A stretch of 64,000 nt of DNA from Balanoglossus misakiensis. Lineage: Eukaryota; Animalia; Hemichordata. Position 1 is the first letter of the stretch. Every line of letters starts with the position of its first letter. A program made the translations under genes and the position numbers. The notes under the pieces were generated by a model. It was not told the DNA's origin. It did no database searches and saw nothing but the letters and a program-made list of their open reading frames with translations. Shown in pieces: positions 52,840 through 64,000 of this stretch. Location: assembly GCA_040954595.2 (NCBI GenBank), contig CM082589.2, positions 1,913,398 through 1,977,397 of the forward strand, written 5' to 3'.

Positions 52840-53000
52840 CCCATGACGCAATCGCTAAACAGTTTTTGTTTGTTTGTTTGTCGACGGTAGTGCCCTGCTT
52901 TGTAGGTAGATGACTGAAGCGAGCGGAAGCCCGTGTTAGAGTTGTTACCGTGGCAACACTGAGGTGACGCTCATTTGCATGCTGAGTCAGCAGGAAGCCA
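52840..53000. promoter_or_regulatory. Candidate distal enhancer (dense TF motif cluster)
   Basis: TGACGCAAT (about 52844), ETS-like GCGGAAG (about 52923), X-box GTTACCGTGGCAAC (52944-52957), TGACG, octamer ATTTGCAT (52973-52980), AP-1 TGAGTCA (52983-52989) and CAGGAAG, all within about 160 bp. Confidence 0.45.
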
Positions 53001-55184
53001 AGTTTTTTTTATACGTGGCAGGTTGGTCAGTGACCGTTCATATCTCTTTGGCCGAAATAATAGTGATGCGCGTTACTTCTGCCTTGAAACTGGAAAATCC
53101 ACCCTGTTGACCTTTGACCGCGTCTGTGAAGAAACTGAAACCCCAGAATTCTAAATAAATGGCGCGTCCTTCCTTATAGACTAATATTTTGTAATGACCT
53201 TTGAACCTCCTAGGCCTGAAGATGAACAAGAAGTTAATTTTCCAGACATAACGATTTGCAATTTCGTCATTTCATGTATGTACCCAATAAATCTTAAACA
53301 ATACATATTATTAATATAGCTGTCGGAGAATGTCTCACCCCGTGGGTCGAAATTTGAACTGTGTCTGAACAGTCGTGAAATCACGCTACGCACAGTGCAA
53401 GAATTGTTGAACTAACATTTATCCAACTCTATTGAAATATATGTATACCAAATTGTCGTGTGCGCATACTTTGGTGGTGTCGTCCGCGCGACTTGTCTGT
53501 TCGGCATAAAAGTGACGACTCGGTACCTGGGGAAGGGGAAGGGTGACATTTCAAAGTCTATTGCGTGGGGGTTTCCCACAACGCGGCCAGGTTCGCTAAG
53601 GTGTTGAGGTCAGCGCGCGTGATTTATCACCCTTCACTATGGTGGCATTTTGTTGGACATCACTTTTGGCGGTACTTAACACGGCCATTGTGTCCGACAA
53701 GAATTCGCTTGAACCCCGGCCAGTCTTGACCAGTCTATAGCGAAGCCCTTTGAATATCCCCGTAACATGACTCCCCTGTGCGAGCTTTCTAAAGTTTTTT
53801 TTCGGGGTCCTGGCCATTCCCCGCATACCACATAGTGAATGCGTACACCTAATTTAGACATCCAAAAAACCCAGCGCAAATTCCTTCCCGATAAAGTCCA
53901 CGGCGGGCCACAAATTAACGGCCTAATCGGAGCCAGAGTCCTGGATGGAATTCGTTCCTAGATTGCCGGCGAGTCGAGCAAGTATTTTGAAAGTCAAATC
54001 AGCCGCCGTCAGTAGCAACATGGTCCATGGTAGCAACTGCCCTGGCTAGCTGGCTCTCAAATCTACGCAGGTACACAAGTGCCACCAAAGAACATCATCT
54101 CCGAATCGCGTAGAGTAGGGGCGCACCAGAAGGACGCCCTGTCCTGATGGTCAAAACCCGGCCTCCCACTAACTGGATGCACCAGACGATATCCCCAACT
54201 TTGTATTTTTCAGTAAAGGAGACAAGGTCTCATATTTTTGCAGGTAACTCAACTGTAGTGCCTGTAGACCGATGAATACACGAAACCGGAAGGGGACGAC
54301 ATTCTCCGCCTACTGAAAGAATTTGACAGCGAAACTTTGGTGGCCAAATTTGGTCACTTGCTTCCCCATGTGCGAAGACCCCTAAAACCAGAAGTTCAAT
54401 GCCCGAAACATTGTTGCCTACCCCCATACTTTACGAGAATGCTGTGTTTCACTTCAGTCAGACAAATGAAAATAAATTGGATCAAAAGTTTTTATTTATG
54501 TAAAAAAATGCACTTAAAACTTAAAAAAGTAAAATAAGATCCCAACAGAAAATAATTACGTATGTGTGTATTACGTCACAGATGCAGTCGATATGGGGGG
54601 GGGGGGGGGCTTCCTCAAGATTGGTCTTCACTTCTCCGATTCAGTAAAAGATATAATGAGGCATCGTCCCCATGTTGTAAGTGCACTCTTCAAGACGACA
54701 ACTTTCAAAATGTAAAACACGGACGGCCGGGAAGTCTGTAATTGGAGTTGGATCAGTTAACCGCGGTGACTGAATCCACAAACAGCCTGACCATCGGGTC
54801 ACCGTAGGGGTCACCGTGCTGACGCAGAATCTCTAAGTAACCAGGGCAACCTGATATATTTGTGATAACGCGTGCTATTCTTAGAACGGTTGTCGTCACC
54901 TTGGGTATATCCGGAAACCGCCGAGGTTACACGAACACGAGACGCGCAGTATCCATAGCAACAAAGACGCTTTCCCAAGCAACTGGCGCGGAGCTATGGT
55001 ATGACCTGCTTTTAAATGCACATGAGCTGCAACTGTTGCATTTTCAGGAATTGCTTATGAAAGGTAACGTGACGTTAACTTTTTAAGCATCAATTTTATT
55101 ATGTTACATGATGTTCATTCACTGTGTATCCATATACTACTGTTATTTTTTTTCGTTTACATACTTATAATAAAACTGCAGTCA

Positions 55185-55300
55185 AATTAACCCATGAAAA
55201 ATGACCAGAAATGACCAAATCACCAAGAATTTGTTATTTTCATAAGCTAAATCCCATAAAACGTTTCAAAAAATGACCAAATCACCAAAATTGTGTGATT
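55185..55300. repeat. Degenerate satellite-related junction sequence
   Basis: Fragments of the monomer (AACCCATG, AAAAATGACC, AAATGACCAAAT, AGCTAAATCCCAT, TTTCAAAAAATGACCAAAT) are interleaved with non-matching sequence immediately left of the regular array. Confidence 0.8.
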
Positions 55301-58300
55301 TCGCAAAGTCGAAAAATCGTCGATTTTTCAACATTTTCCTGAGCTATAACCCATGTTTTTTTCAAAAAATGACCAAATTTCGAAAATTCGCAAACTCGAA
55401 AAATCGTCGATTTTTCAACATTTTCCTGAGCTATAACCCATGGTTTTTTCAAAAAATGACCAAATTTCGAAAATTCGCAAAGTCGAAAAATCGTCGATTT
55501 TTCAACATTTTCCTGAGCTATAACCCATGGTTTTTTCAAAAAATGACCAAATTTCGAAAATTCGCAAACTCGAAAAATCGTCGATTTTTCAACATTTTCC
55601 TGAGCTATAACCCATGGTTTTTTCAAAAAATGACCAAATTTCGAAAATTCGCAAACTCGAAAAATCGTCGATTTTTCAACATTTTCCTGAGCTATAACCC
55701 ATGGTTTTTTCAAAAAATGACCAAATTTCGAAAATTCGCAAACTCGAAAAATCGTCGATTTTTCAACATTTTCCTGAGCTATAACCCATGGTTTTTTCAA
55801 AAAATGACCAAATTTCGAAAATTCGCAAACTCGAAAAATCGTCGATTTTTCAACATTTTCCTGAGCTATAACCCATGGTTTTTTCAAAAAATGACCAAAT
55901 TTCGAAAATTCGCAAACTCGAAAAATCGTCGATTTTTCAACATTTTCCTGAGCTATAACCCATGGTTTTTTCAAAAAATGACCAAATTTCGAAAATTCGC
56001 AAACTCGAAAAATCGTCGATTTTTCAACATTTTCCTGAGCTATAACCCATGGTTTTTTCAAAAAATGACCAAATTTCGAAAATTCGCAAACTCGAAAAAT
56101 CGTCGATTTTTCAACATTTTCCTGAGCTATAACCCATGGTTTTTTCAAAAAATGACCAAATTTCGAAAATTCGCAAACTCGAAAAATCGTCGATTTTTCA
56201 ACATTTTCCTGAGCTTTAACCCATGATTTTTTCAAAAATGACCAAATTTCGAAAATTCGCAAACTCGAAAAATCGTCGATTTTTCAACATTTTCCTGAGC
56301 TATAACCCATGGTTTTTTCAAAAAATGACCAAATTTCGAAAATTCGCAAACTCGAAAAATCGTCGATTTTTCAACATTTTCCTGAGCTATAACCCATGTT
56401 TTTTTCAAAAAATGACCAAATTTCGAAAATTCGCAAACTCGAAAAATCGTCGATTTTTCAACATTTTCCTGAGCTATAACCCATGGTTTTTTTCAAAAAA
56501 TGACCAAATTTCGAAAATTCGCAAACTCGAAAAATCGTCGATTTTTCAACATTTTCCTGAGCTATAACCCATGGTTTTTTCAAAAAATGACCAAATTTCG
56601 AAAATTCGCAAACTCGAAAAATCGTCGATTTTTCAACATTTTCCTGAGCTATATCCCATGGTTTTTTCAAAAAATGACCAAATTTCGAAAATTCGCAAAC
56701 TCGAAAAATCGTCGATTTTTCAACATTTTCCTGAGCTATAACCCATGGTTTTTTCAAAAAATGAACAAATTTCGAAAATTCGCAAACTCGAAAAATCGTC
56801 GATTTTTCAACATTTTCCTGAGCTATAACCCATGGTTTTTTCAAAAAATGAACAAATTTCGAAAATTCGCAAACTCGAAAAATCGTCGATTTTTCAACAT
56901 TTTCCGGAGCTATAACCCATGGTTTTTTCAAAAAATGACCAAATTTCGAAAATTCGCAAACTCGAAAAATCGTCGATTTTTCAACATTTTCCTGAGCTAT
57001 AACCCATGGTTTTTTCAAAAAATGACAAAATTTCGAAAATTCGCAAACTCGAAAAATCGTCGATTTTTCAACATTTTCCTGAGCTATAACCCATGGTTTT
57101 TTCAAAAAATGACCAAATTTCGAAAATTCGCAAACTCGAAAAATCGTCGATTTTTCAACATTTTCCTGAGCTATAACCCATGGTTTTTTCAAAAAATGAC
57201 CAAATTTCGAAAATTCGCAAACTCGAAAAATCGTCGATTTTTCAACATTTTCCTGAGCTATAACCCATGGTTTTTTCAAAAAATGACCAAATTTCGAAAA
57301 TTCGCAAACTCGAAAAATCGTCGATTTTTCAACATTTTCCTGAGCTATAACCCATGGTTTTTTCAAAAAATGACCAAATTTCGAAAATTCGCAAACTCGA
57401 AAAATCGTCGATTTTTCAACATTTTCCTGAGCTATAACCCATGGTTTTTTCAAAAAATGACCAAATTTCGAAAATTCGCAAACTCGAAAAATCGTCGATT
57501 TTTCAACATTTTCCTGAGCTTTAACCCATGATTTTTTCAAAAATGACCAAATTTCGAAAATTCGCAAACTCGAAAAATCGTCGATTTTTCAACATTTTCC
57601 TGAGCTATAACCCATGGTTTTTTCAAAAAATGACCAAATTTCGAAAATTCGCAAACTCGAAAAATCGTCGATTTTTCAACATTTTCCTGAGCTATAACCC
57701 ATGTTTTTTTCAAAAAATGACCAAATTTCGAAAATTCGCAAACTCGAAAAATCGTCGATTTTTCAACATTTTCCTGAGCTATAACCCATGGTTTTTTTCA
57801 AAAAATGACCAAATTTCGAAAATTCGCAAACTCGAAAAATCGTCGATTTTTCAACATTTTCCTGAGCTATAACCCATGGTTTTTTCAAAAAATGACCAAA
57901 TTTCGAAAATTCGCAAACTCGAAAAATCGTCGATTTTTCAACATTTTCCTGAGCTATATCCCATGGTTTTTTCAAAAAATGACCAAATTTCGAAAATTCG
58001 CAAACTCGAAAAATCGTCGATTTTTCAACATTTTCCTGAGCTATAACCCATGGTTTTTTCAAAAAATGAACAAATTTCGAAAATTCGCAAACTCGAAAAA
58101 TCGTCGATTTTTCAACATTTTCCTGAGCTATAACCCATGGTTTTTTAAAAAAATGAACAAATTTCGAAAATTCGCAAACTCGAAAAATCGTCGATTTTTC
58201 AACATTTTCCTGAGCTATAACCCATGGTTTTTTCAAAAAATGACCAAATTTCGAAAATTCGCAAACTCGAAAAATCGTCGATTTTTCAACATTTTCCTGA

Positions 58301-61300
58301 GCTATAACCCATGGTTTTTTCAAAAAATGACCAAATTTCGAAAATTCGCAAACTCGAAAAATCGTCGATTTTTCAACATTTTCCTGAGCTATAACCCATG
58401 GTTTTTTCAAAAAATGACCAAATTTCGAAAATTCGCAAACTCGAAAAATCGTCGATTTTTCAACATTTTCCTGAGCTATAACCCATGGTTTTTTCAAAAA
58501 ATGACAAAATTTCGAAAATTCGCAAACTCGAAAAATCGTCGATTTTTCAACATTTTCCTGAGCTATAACCCATGGTTTTTTCAAAAAATGACCAAATTTC
58601 GAAAATTCGCAAACTCGAAAAATCGTCGATTTTTCAACATTTTCCTGAGCTATAACCCATGGTTTTTTCAAAAAATGACCAAATTTCGAAAATTCGCAAA
58701 CTCGAAAAATCGTCGATTTTTCAACATTTTCCTGAGCTTTAACCCATGATTTTTTCAAAAATGACCAAATTTCGAAAATTCGCAAACTCGAAAAATCGTC
58801 GATTTTTCAACATTTTCCTGAGCTATAACCCATGGTTTTTTCAAAAAATGACCAAAATTCGAAAATTCGCAAACTCGAAAAATCGTCGATTTTTCAACAT
58901 TTTCCTGAGCTATAACCCATGGTTTTTTCAAAAAATGACCAAATTTCGAAAATTGGCAAACTCGAAAAATCGTCGATTTTTCAACATTTTCCTGAGCTAT
59001 AACCCATGGTTTTTTCAAAAAATGACCAAATTTCGAAAATTCGCAAACTCGAAAAATCGTCGATTTTTCAACATTTTCCTGAGCTATAACCCATGGTTTT
59101 TTCAAAAAATGACCAAATTTCGAAAATTCGCAAACTCGAAAAATCGTCGATTTTTCAACATTTTCCTGAGCTATAACCCATGGTTTTTTCAAAAAATGAC
59201 CAAATTTCGAAAATTCGCAAACTCGAAAAATCGTCGATTTTTCAACATTTTCCTGAGCTATAACCCATGGTTTTTTCAAAAAATGACCAAATTTCGAAAA
59301 TTCGCAAACTCGAAAAATCGTCGATTTTTCAACATTTTCCTGAGCTTTAACCCATGGTTTTTTCAAAAAATGAACAAATTTCGAAAATTCGCAAACTCGA
59401 AAAATCGTCGATTTTTCAACATTTTCCTGAGCTATAACCCATGGTTTTTTCAAAAAATGACCAAATTTCGAAAATTCGCAAACTCGAAAAATCGTCGATT
59501 TTTCAACATTTTCCTGAGCTTTAACCCATGGTTTTTTCAAAAAATGAACAAATTTCGAAAATTCGCAAACTCGAAAAATCGTCGATTTTTCAACATTTTC
59601 CTGAGCTATAACCCATGGTTTTTTCAAAAAATGACCAAATTTCGAAAATTCGCAAACTCGAAAAATCGTCGATTTTTCAACATTTTCCTGAGCTATAACC
59701 CATGGTTTTTTCAAAAAATGACCAAATTTCGAAAATTGGCAAACTCGAAAAATCGTCGATTTTTCAACATTTTCCTGAGCTATAACCCATGGTTTTTTCA
59801 AAAAATGACCAAATTTCGAAAATTCGCAAACTCGAAAAATCGTCGATTTTTCAACATTTTCCTGAGCTATAACCCATGGTTTTTTCAAAAAATGACCAAA
59901 TTTCGAAAATTGGCAAACTCGAAAAATCGTCGATTTTTCAACATTTTCCTGAGCTATAACCCATGGTTTTTTCAAAACATGACCAAATTTCGAAAATTGG
60001 CAAACTCGAAAAATCGTCGATTTTTCAACATTTTCCTGAGCTATAACCCATGGTTTTTTCAAAAAATGACCAAATTTCGAAAATTCGCAAACTCGAAAAA
60101 TCGTCGATTTTTCAACATTTTCCTGAGCTATAACCCATGGTTTTTTCAAAAATGACCAAATTTCGAAAATTCGCAAACTCGAAAAATCGTCGATTTTTCA
60201 ACATTTTCCTGAGCTATAACCCATGGTTTTTTCAAAAAATGACCAAATTTCGAAAATTCGCAAACTCGAAAAATCGTCGATTTTTCAACATTTTCCTGAG
60301 CTTTAACCCATGATTTTTTCAAAAATGACCAAATTTCGAAAATTCGCAAACTCGAAAAATCGTCGATTTTTCAACATTTTCCTGAGCTATAACCCATGGT
60401 TTTTTCAAAAAATGACCAAATTTCGAAAATTCGCAAACTCGAAAAATCGTCGATTTTTCAACATTTTCCTGAGCTATAACCCATCTTTTTTTTCAAAAAA
60501 TGACCAAATTTCGAAAATTGGCAAACTCGAAAAATCGTCGATTTTTCAACATTTTCCTGAGCTATAACCCATGGTTTTTTCAAAAAATGACCAAATTTCG
60601 AAAATTGGCAAACTCGAAAAATCGTCGATTTTTCAACATTTTCCTGAGCTATATCCCATGGTTTTTTCAAAAAATGACCAAATTTCGAAAATTGGCAAAC
60701 TCGAAAATCGTCGATTTTTCAACATTTTCCTGAGCTATAACCCATGGTTTTTTCAAAAAATGACCAAATTTCGAAAATTGGCAAACTCGAAAAATCGTCG
60801 ATTTTTCAACATTTTCCTGAGCTATAACCCATGGTTTTTTAAAAAAATGACCAAATTTCGAAAATTGGCAAACTCGAAAAATCGTCGATTTTTCAACATT
60901 TTCCTGAGCTATAACCCATGGTTTTTTCAAAAAATGACCAAATTTCGAAAATTGGCAAACTCGAAAAATCGTCGATTTTTCAACATTTTCCTGAGCTATA
61001 ACCCATGGTTTTTTCAAAAAATGACCAAATTTCGAAAATTGGCAAACTCGAAAAATCGTCGATTTTTCAACATTTTCCTGAGCTATAACCCATGGATTTT
61101 TCAAAAAATGACCAAATTTCGAAAATTCGCAAACTCGAAAAATCGTCGATTTTTCAACATTTTCCTGAGCTATAACCCCTAGTTTTTTCAAAAAATGACC
61201 AAATTTCTGAAAATTCGCAAACTCGAATAATCGTCGATTTTTCAACATTTTCCTGAGCTATAACCCATGGTTTTTTCAAAAAATGACCAAATTTCGAAAA

Positions 61301-63980
61301 TTCGCAAACTCGAAAAATCGTCGATTTTTCAACATTTTCCTGAGCTATAACCCATGGTTTTTTCAAAAAATGACCAAATTTCGAAAATTCGCAAACTCGA
61401 AAAATCGTCGATTTTTCAACATTTTCCTGAGCTATAACCCATGGTTTTTCAAAAAATGACCAAATTTCGAAAATTCGCAAACTCGAAAAAATCGTCGATT
61501 TTTCAACATTTTCCTGAACTATAACCCATGGTTTTTTCAAAAAATGACCAAATTTCGAAAATTCGCAAACTCGAAAAATCGTCGATTTTTCAACATTTTC
61601 CTGAGCTATAACCCATGGTTTTTTCAAAAAATGACCAAATTTCGAAAATTCGCAAACTCGAAAATCGTCGATTTTTCAACATTTTCCTGAGCTATAACCC
61701 ATGGTTTTTTCAAAAAATGACCAAATTTCGAAAATTCGCAAACTCGAAAAATCGTCGATTTTTCAACATTTTCCTGAGCTATAACCCATGGTTTTTTCAA
61801 AAAATGACCAAATTTCGAAAATTCGCAAACTCGAAAATCGTCGATTTTTCAACATTTTCCTGAGCTATAACCCATGGTTTTTTCAAAAAATGACCAAATT
61901 TCGAAAATTCGCAAACTCGAAAAATCGTCGATTTTTCAACATTTTCCTGAGCTATAACCCATGGTTTTTTCAAAAAATGACCAAATTTCGAAATTCGGCA
62001 AACTCGAAAAATCGTCGATTTTCAACATTTTCCTGAGCTATAACCCATGGTTTTTTCAAAAAATGACCAAATTTCGAAAATTCGCAAACTCGAAAAATCG
62101 TCGATTTTTCAACATTTTCCTGAGCTATAACCCATGGTTTTTCATAAAATGACCAAATTTCGAAAATTCGCAAACTCGAAAAATCGTCGATTTTTCAACA
62201 TTTTCCTGAGCTATAACCCATGGTTTTTCAAAAAATGACAAATTTCGAAAATTCGCAAACTCGAAAATCGTCGATTTTTCAACATTTTCCTGAGCTATAA
62301 CCCATGGTTTTTTCAAAAAAATGACCAAATTTCGAAAATTCGCAAACTCGAAAAATCGTCGATTTTTCAACATTTTCCTGAGCTATAACCCATGGTTTTT
62401 TCAAAAAATGACCAAATTCGAAAATTCGCAAACTCGAAAAATCGTCGATTTTTCAACATTTTCCTGAGCTATAACCCATGGTTTTTCAAAAAATGACCAA
62501 ATTTCGAAAAATCGCAAACTCGAAAAATCGTCGATTTTTCAACATTTTCCTGAGCTATAACCCATGGTTTTTTCAAAAAATGACCAAATTTCGAAAATTC
62601 GCAAACTCGAAAAATCGTCGATTTTTCAACATTTTCCTGAGCTATAACCCATGGTTTTTTCAAAAAATGACCAAATTTCGAAAATTCGCAAACTCGAAAA
62701 ATCGTCGATTTTTCAACATTTTCCTGAGCTATAACCCATGGTTTTTTCAAAAAATGACCAAATTTCGAAAATTCGCAAACTCGAAAAATCGTCGATTTTT
62801 CAACATTTTCCTGAGCTATAACCCATGGTTTTTTCAAAAAATGACCAAATTTCGAAAATTCGCAAACTCGAAAAATCGTCGATTTTTCAACATTTTCCTG
62901 AGCTATAACCCATGGTTTTTTCAAAAAATGACCAAATTTCGAAAATTCGCAAACTCGAAAATCGTCGATTTTTCAACATTTTCCTGAGCTATAACCCATG
63001 GTTTTTTCAAAAAATGACCAAATTTCGAAAATTCGGCAAACTCGAAAATCGTCGATTTTTCAACATTTTCCTGAGCTATAACCCATGGATTTTTCAAAAA
63101 ATGACAAAATTTCGAAAATTCGCAAACTCGAAAAATCGTCGATTTTTCAACATTTTCCTGAGCTATAACCCATGGTTTTTTTCAAAAAATGACCAAATTT
63201 CGAAAATTCGCAAACTCGAAAAATCGTCGATTTTTCAACATTTTCCTGAGCTATAACCCATGGTTTTTTTCAAAAAATGACCAAATTTCGAAAATTCGCA
63301 AACTCGAAAAATCGTCGATTTTTCAACATTTTCCTGAGCTATAACCCATGTTTTTTCAAAAATGACCAAATTTCGAAAATTCGCAAACTCGAAAAATCGT
63401 CGATTTTTCAACATTTTCCTGAGCTATAACCCATGGTTTTTTCAAAAAATGACCAAATTTCGAAAATTCGCAAACTCGAAAAATCGTCGATTTTTCAACA
63501 TTTTACTGAGCTATAGACCCATGGTTTTTTTCAAAAAATGACCAAATTTCGAAAATTCGCAAACTCGAAAAATCGTCGATTTTCAACATTTTCCTGAGCT
63601 ATAACCCATGGTTTTTTCAAAAAATGACCAAATTTCGAAAATTCGCAAACTCGAAAATCGTCGATTTTTCAACATTTTCCTGAGCTATAACCCATGGTTT
63701 TTTCAAAAAATGACCAAATTCGAAAATTCGCAAACTCGAAAAATCGTCGATTTTTCAACATTTTCCTGAGCTATAACCCATGGTTTTTTCAAAAATGACC
63801 AAATTTCGAAAATTCGCAAACTCGAAAAATCGTCGATTTTTCAACATTTTTCTGAGCTATAACCCATGGTTTTTTCAAAAAATGACCAAATTTCGAAATT
63901 CGCAAACTCGAAAAATCGTCGATTTTTCAACATTTTCCTGAGCTATAACCCATGGTTTTTTTCAAAAAATGACCAAATTT
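55273..63980. repeat. 87-bp tandem satellite array, about 100 copies
   Basis: Consensus monomer ATGACCAAATTTCGAAAATTCGCAAACTCGAAAAATCGTCGATTTTTCAACATTTTCCTGAGCTATAACCCATGGTTTTTTCAAAAA (87 nt), repeated head-to-tail with few substitutions. It is also visible as a 29-aa periodicity in the ORF track. Confidence 0.98.
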
Positions 63981-64000
63981 ACTCTCCGAAGATCTCGCAA

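Larger units (their letters stand above)
23500..55150. other. Large CpG-retaining domain around SoxC (putative unmethylated regulatory domain); boundaries approximate
   Basis: By hand count there are 12 CpG in bases 1-1200 versus 12 CpG in the 120 bases 25981-26100 (a selected, CpG-dense example). CpGs remain frequent by eye from about 23.5 kb to the satellite. Confidence 0.7.

Noticed and set aside
1-55000. Autonomous transposon, tRNA, rRNA or snRNA genes
   Set aside because: No transposase, reverse transcriptase or integrase motifs in the ORF track and no structured RNA recognised by eye. Short non-autonomous fragments cannot be excluded without a repeat library.
55273-63256. Long repetitive ORFs on both strands, or a CRISPR-like array
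   Set aside because: These are translations of an 87-bp satellite. There are no unique spacers, no cas genes, the context is eukaryotic, and frameshifts are tolerated.

Overview
Eukaryotic, animal-type genomic DNA, probably from a marine invertebrate. An invertebrate deuterostome such as a hemichordate or echinoderm is a guess from the SoxC sequence and the mosaic CpG pattern. Only one protein-coding gene can be supported: an intronless SoxC (Sox4/11/12 group) HMG-box transcription factor at 35859-36935 (+), with a CCAAT/GC-box promoter and a plausible 3' end near 37.7 kb. The window has three zones. (1) About 1-23.5 kb is AT-rich and strongly CpG-depleted, with a few small CpG-rich, motif-dense islands and no recognisable exon. 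(2) About 23.5-55.1 kb is a CpG-retaining, gene-poor domain centred on SoxC. (3) About 55.27-63.98 kb is a homogeneous 87-bp satellite array of roughly 100 copies with dyad symmetry, an internal 8-bp subrepeat, a degenerate left junction and an incipient higher-order structure (15/14/18 monomers). RFX X-box-like motifs are scattered through zones 1 and 2. The other ORFs in the track appear to be chance or repeat-derived. I found no convincing novel multi-gene system; the most interesting items are the satellite architecture and the regulatory landscape around SoxC.
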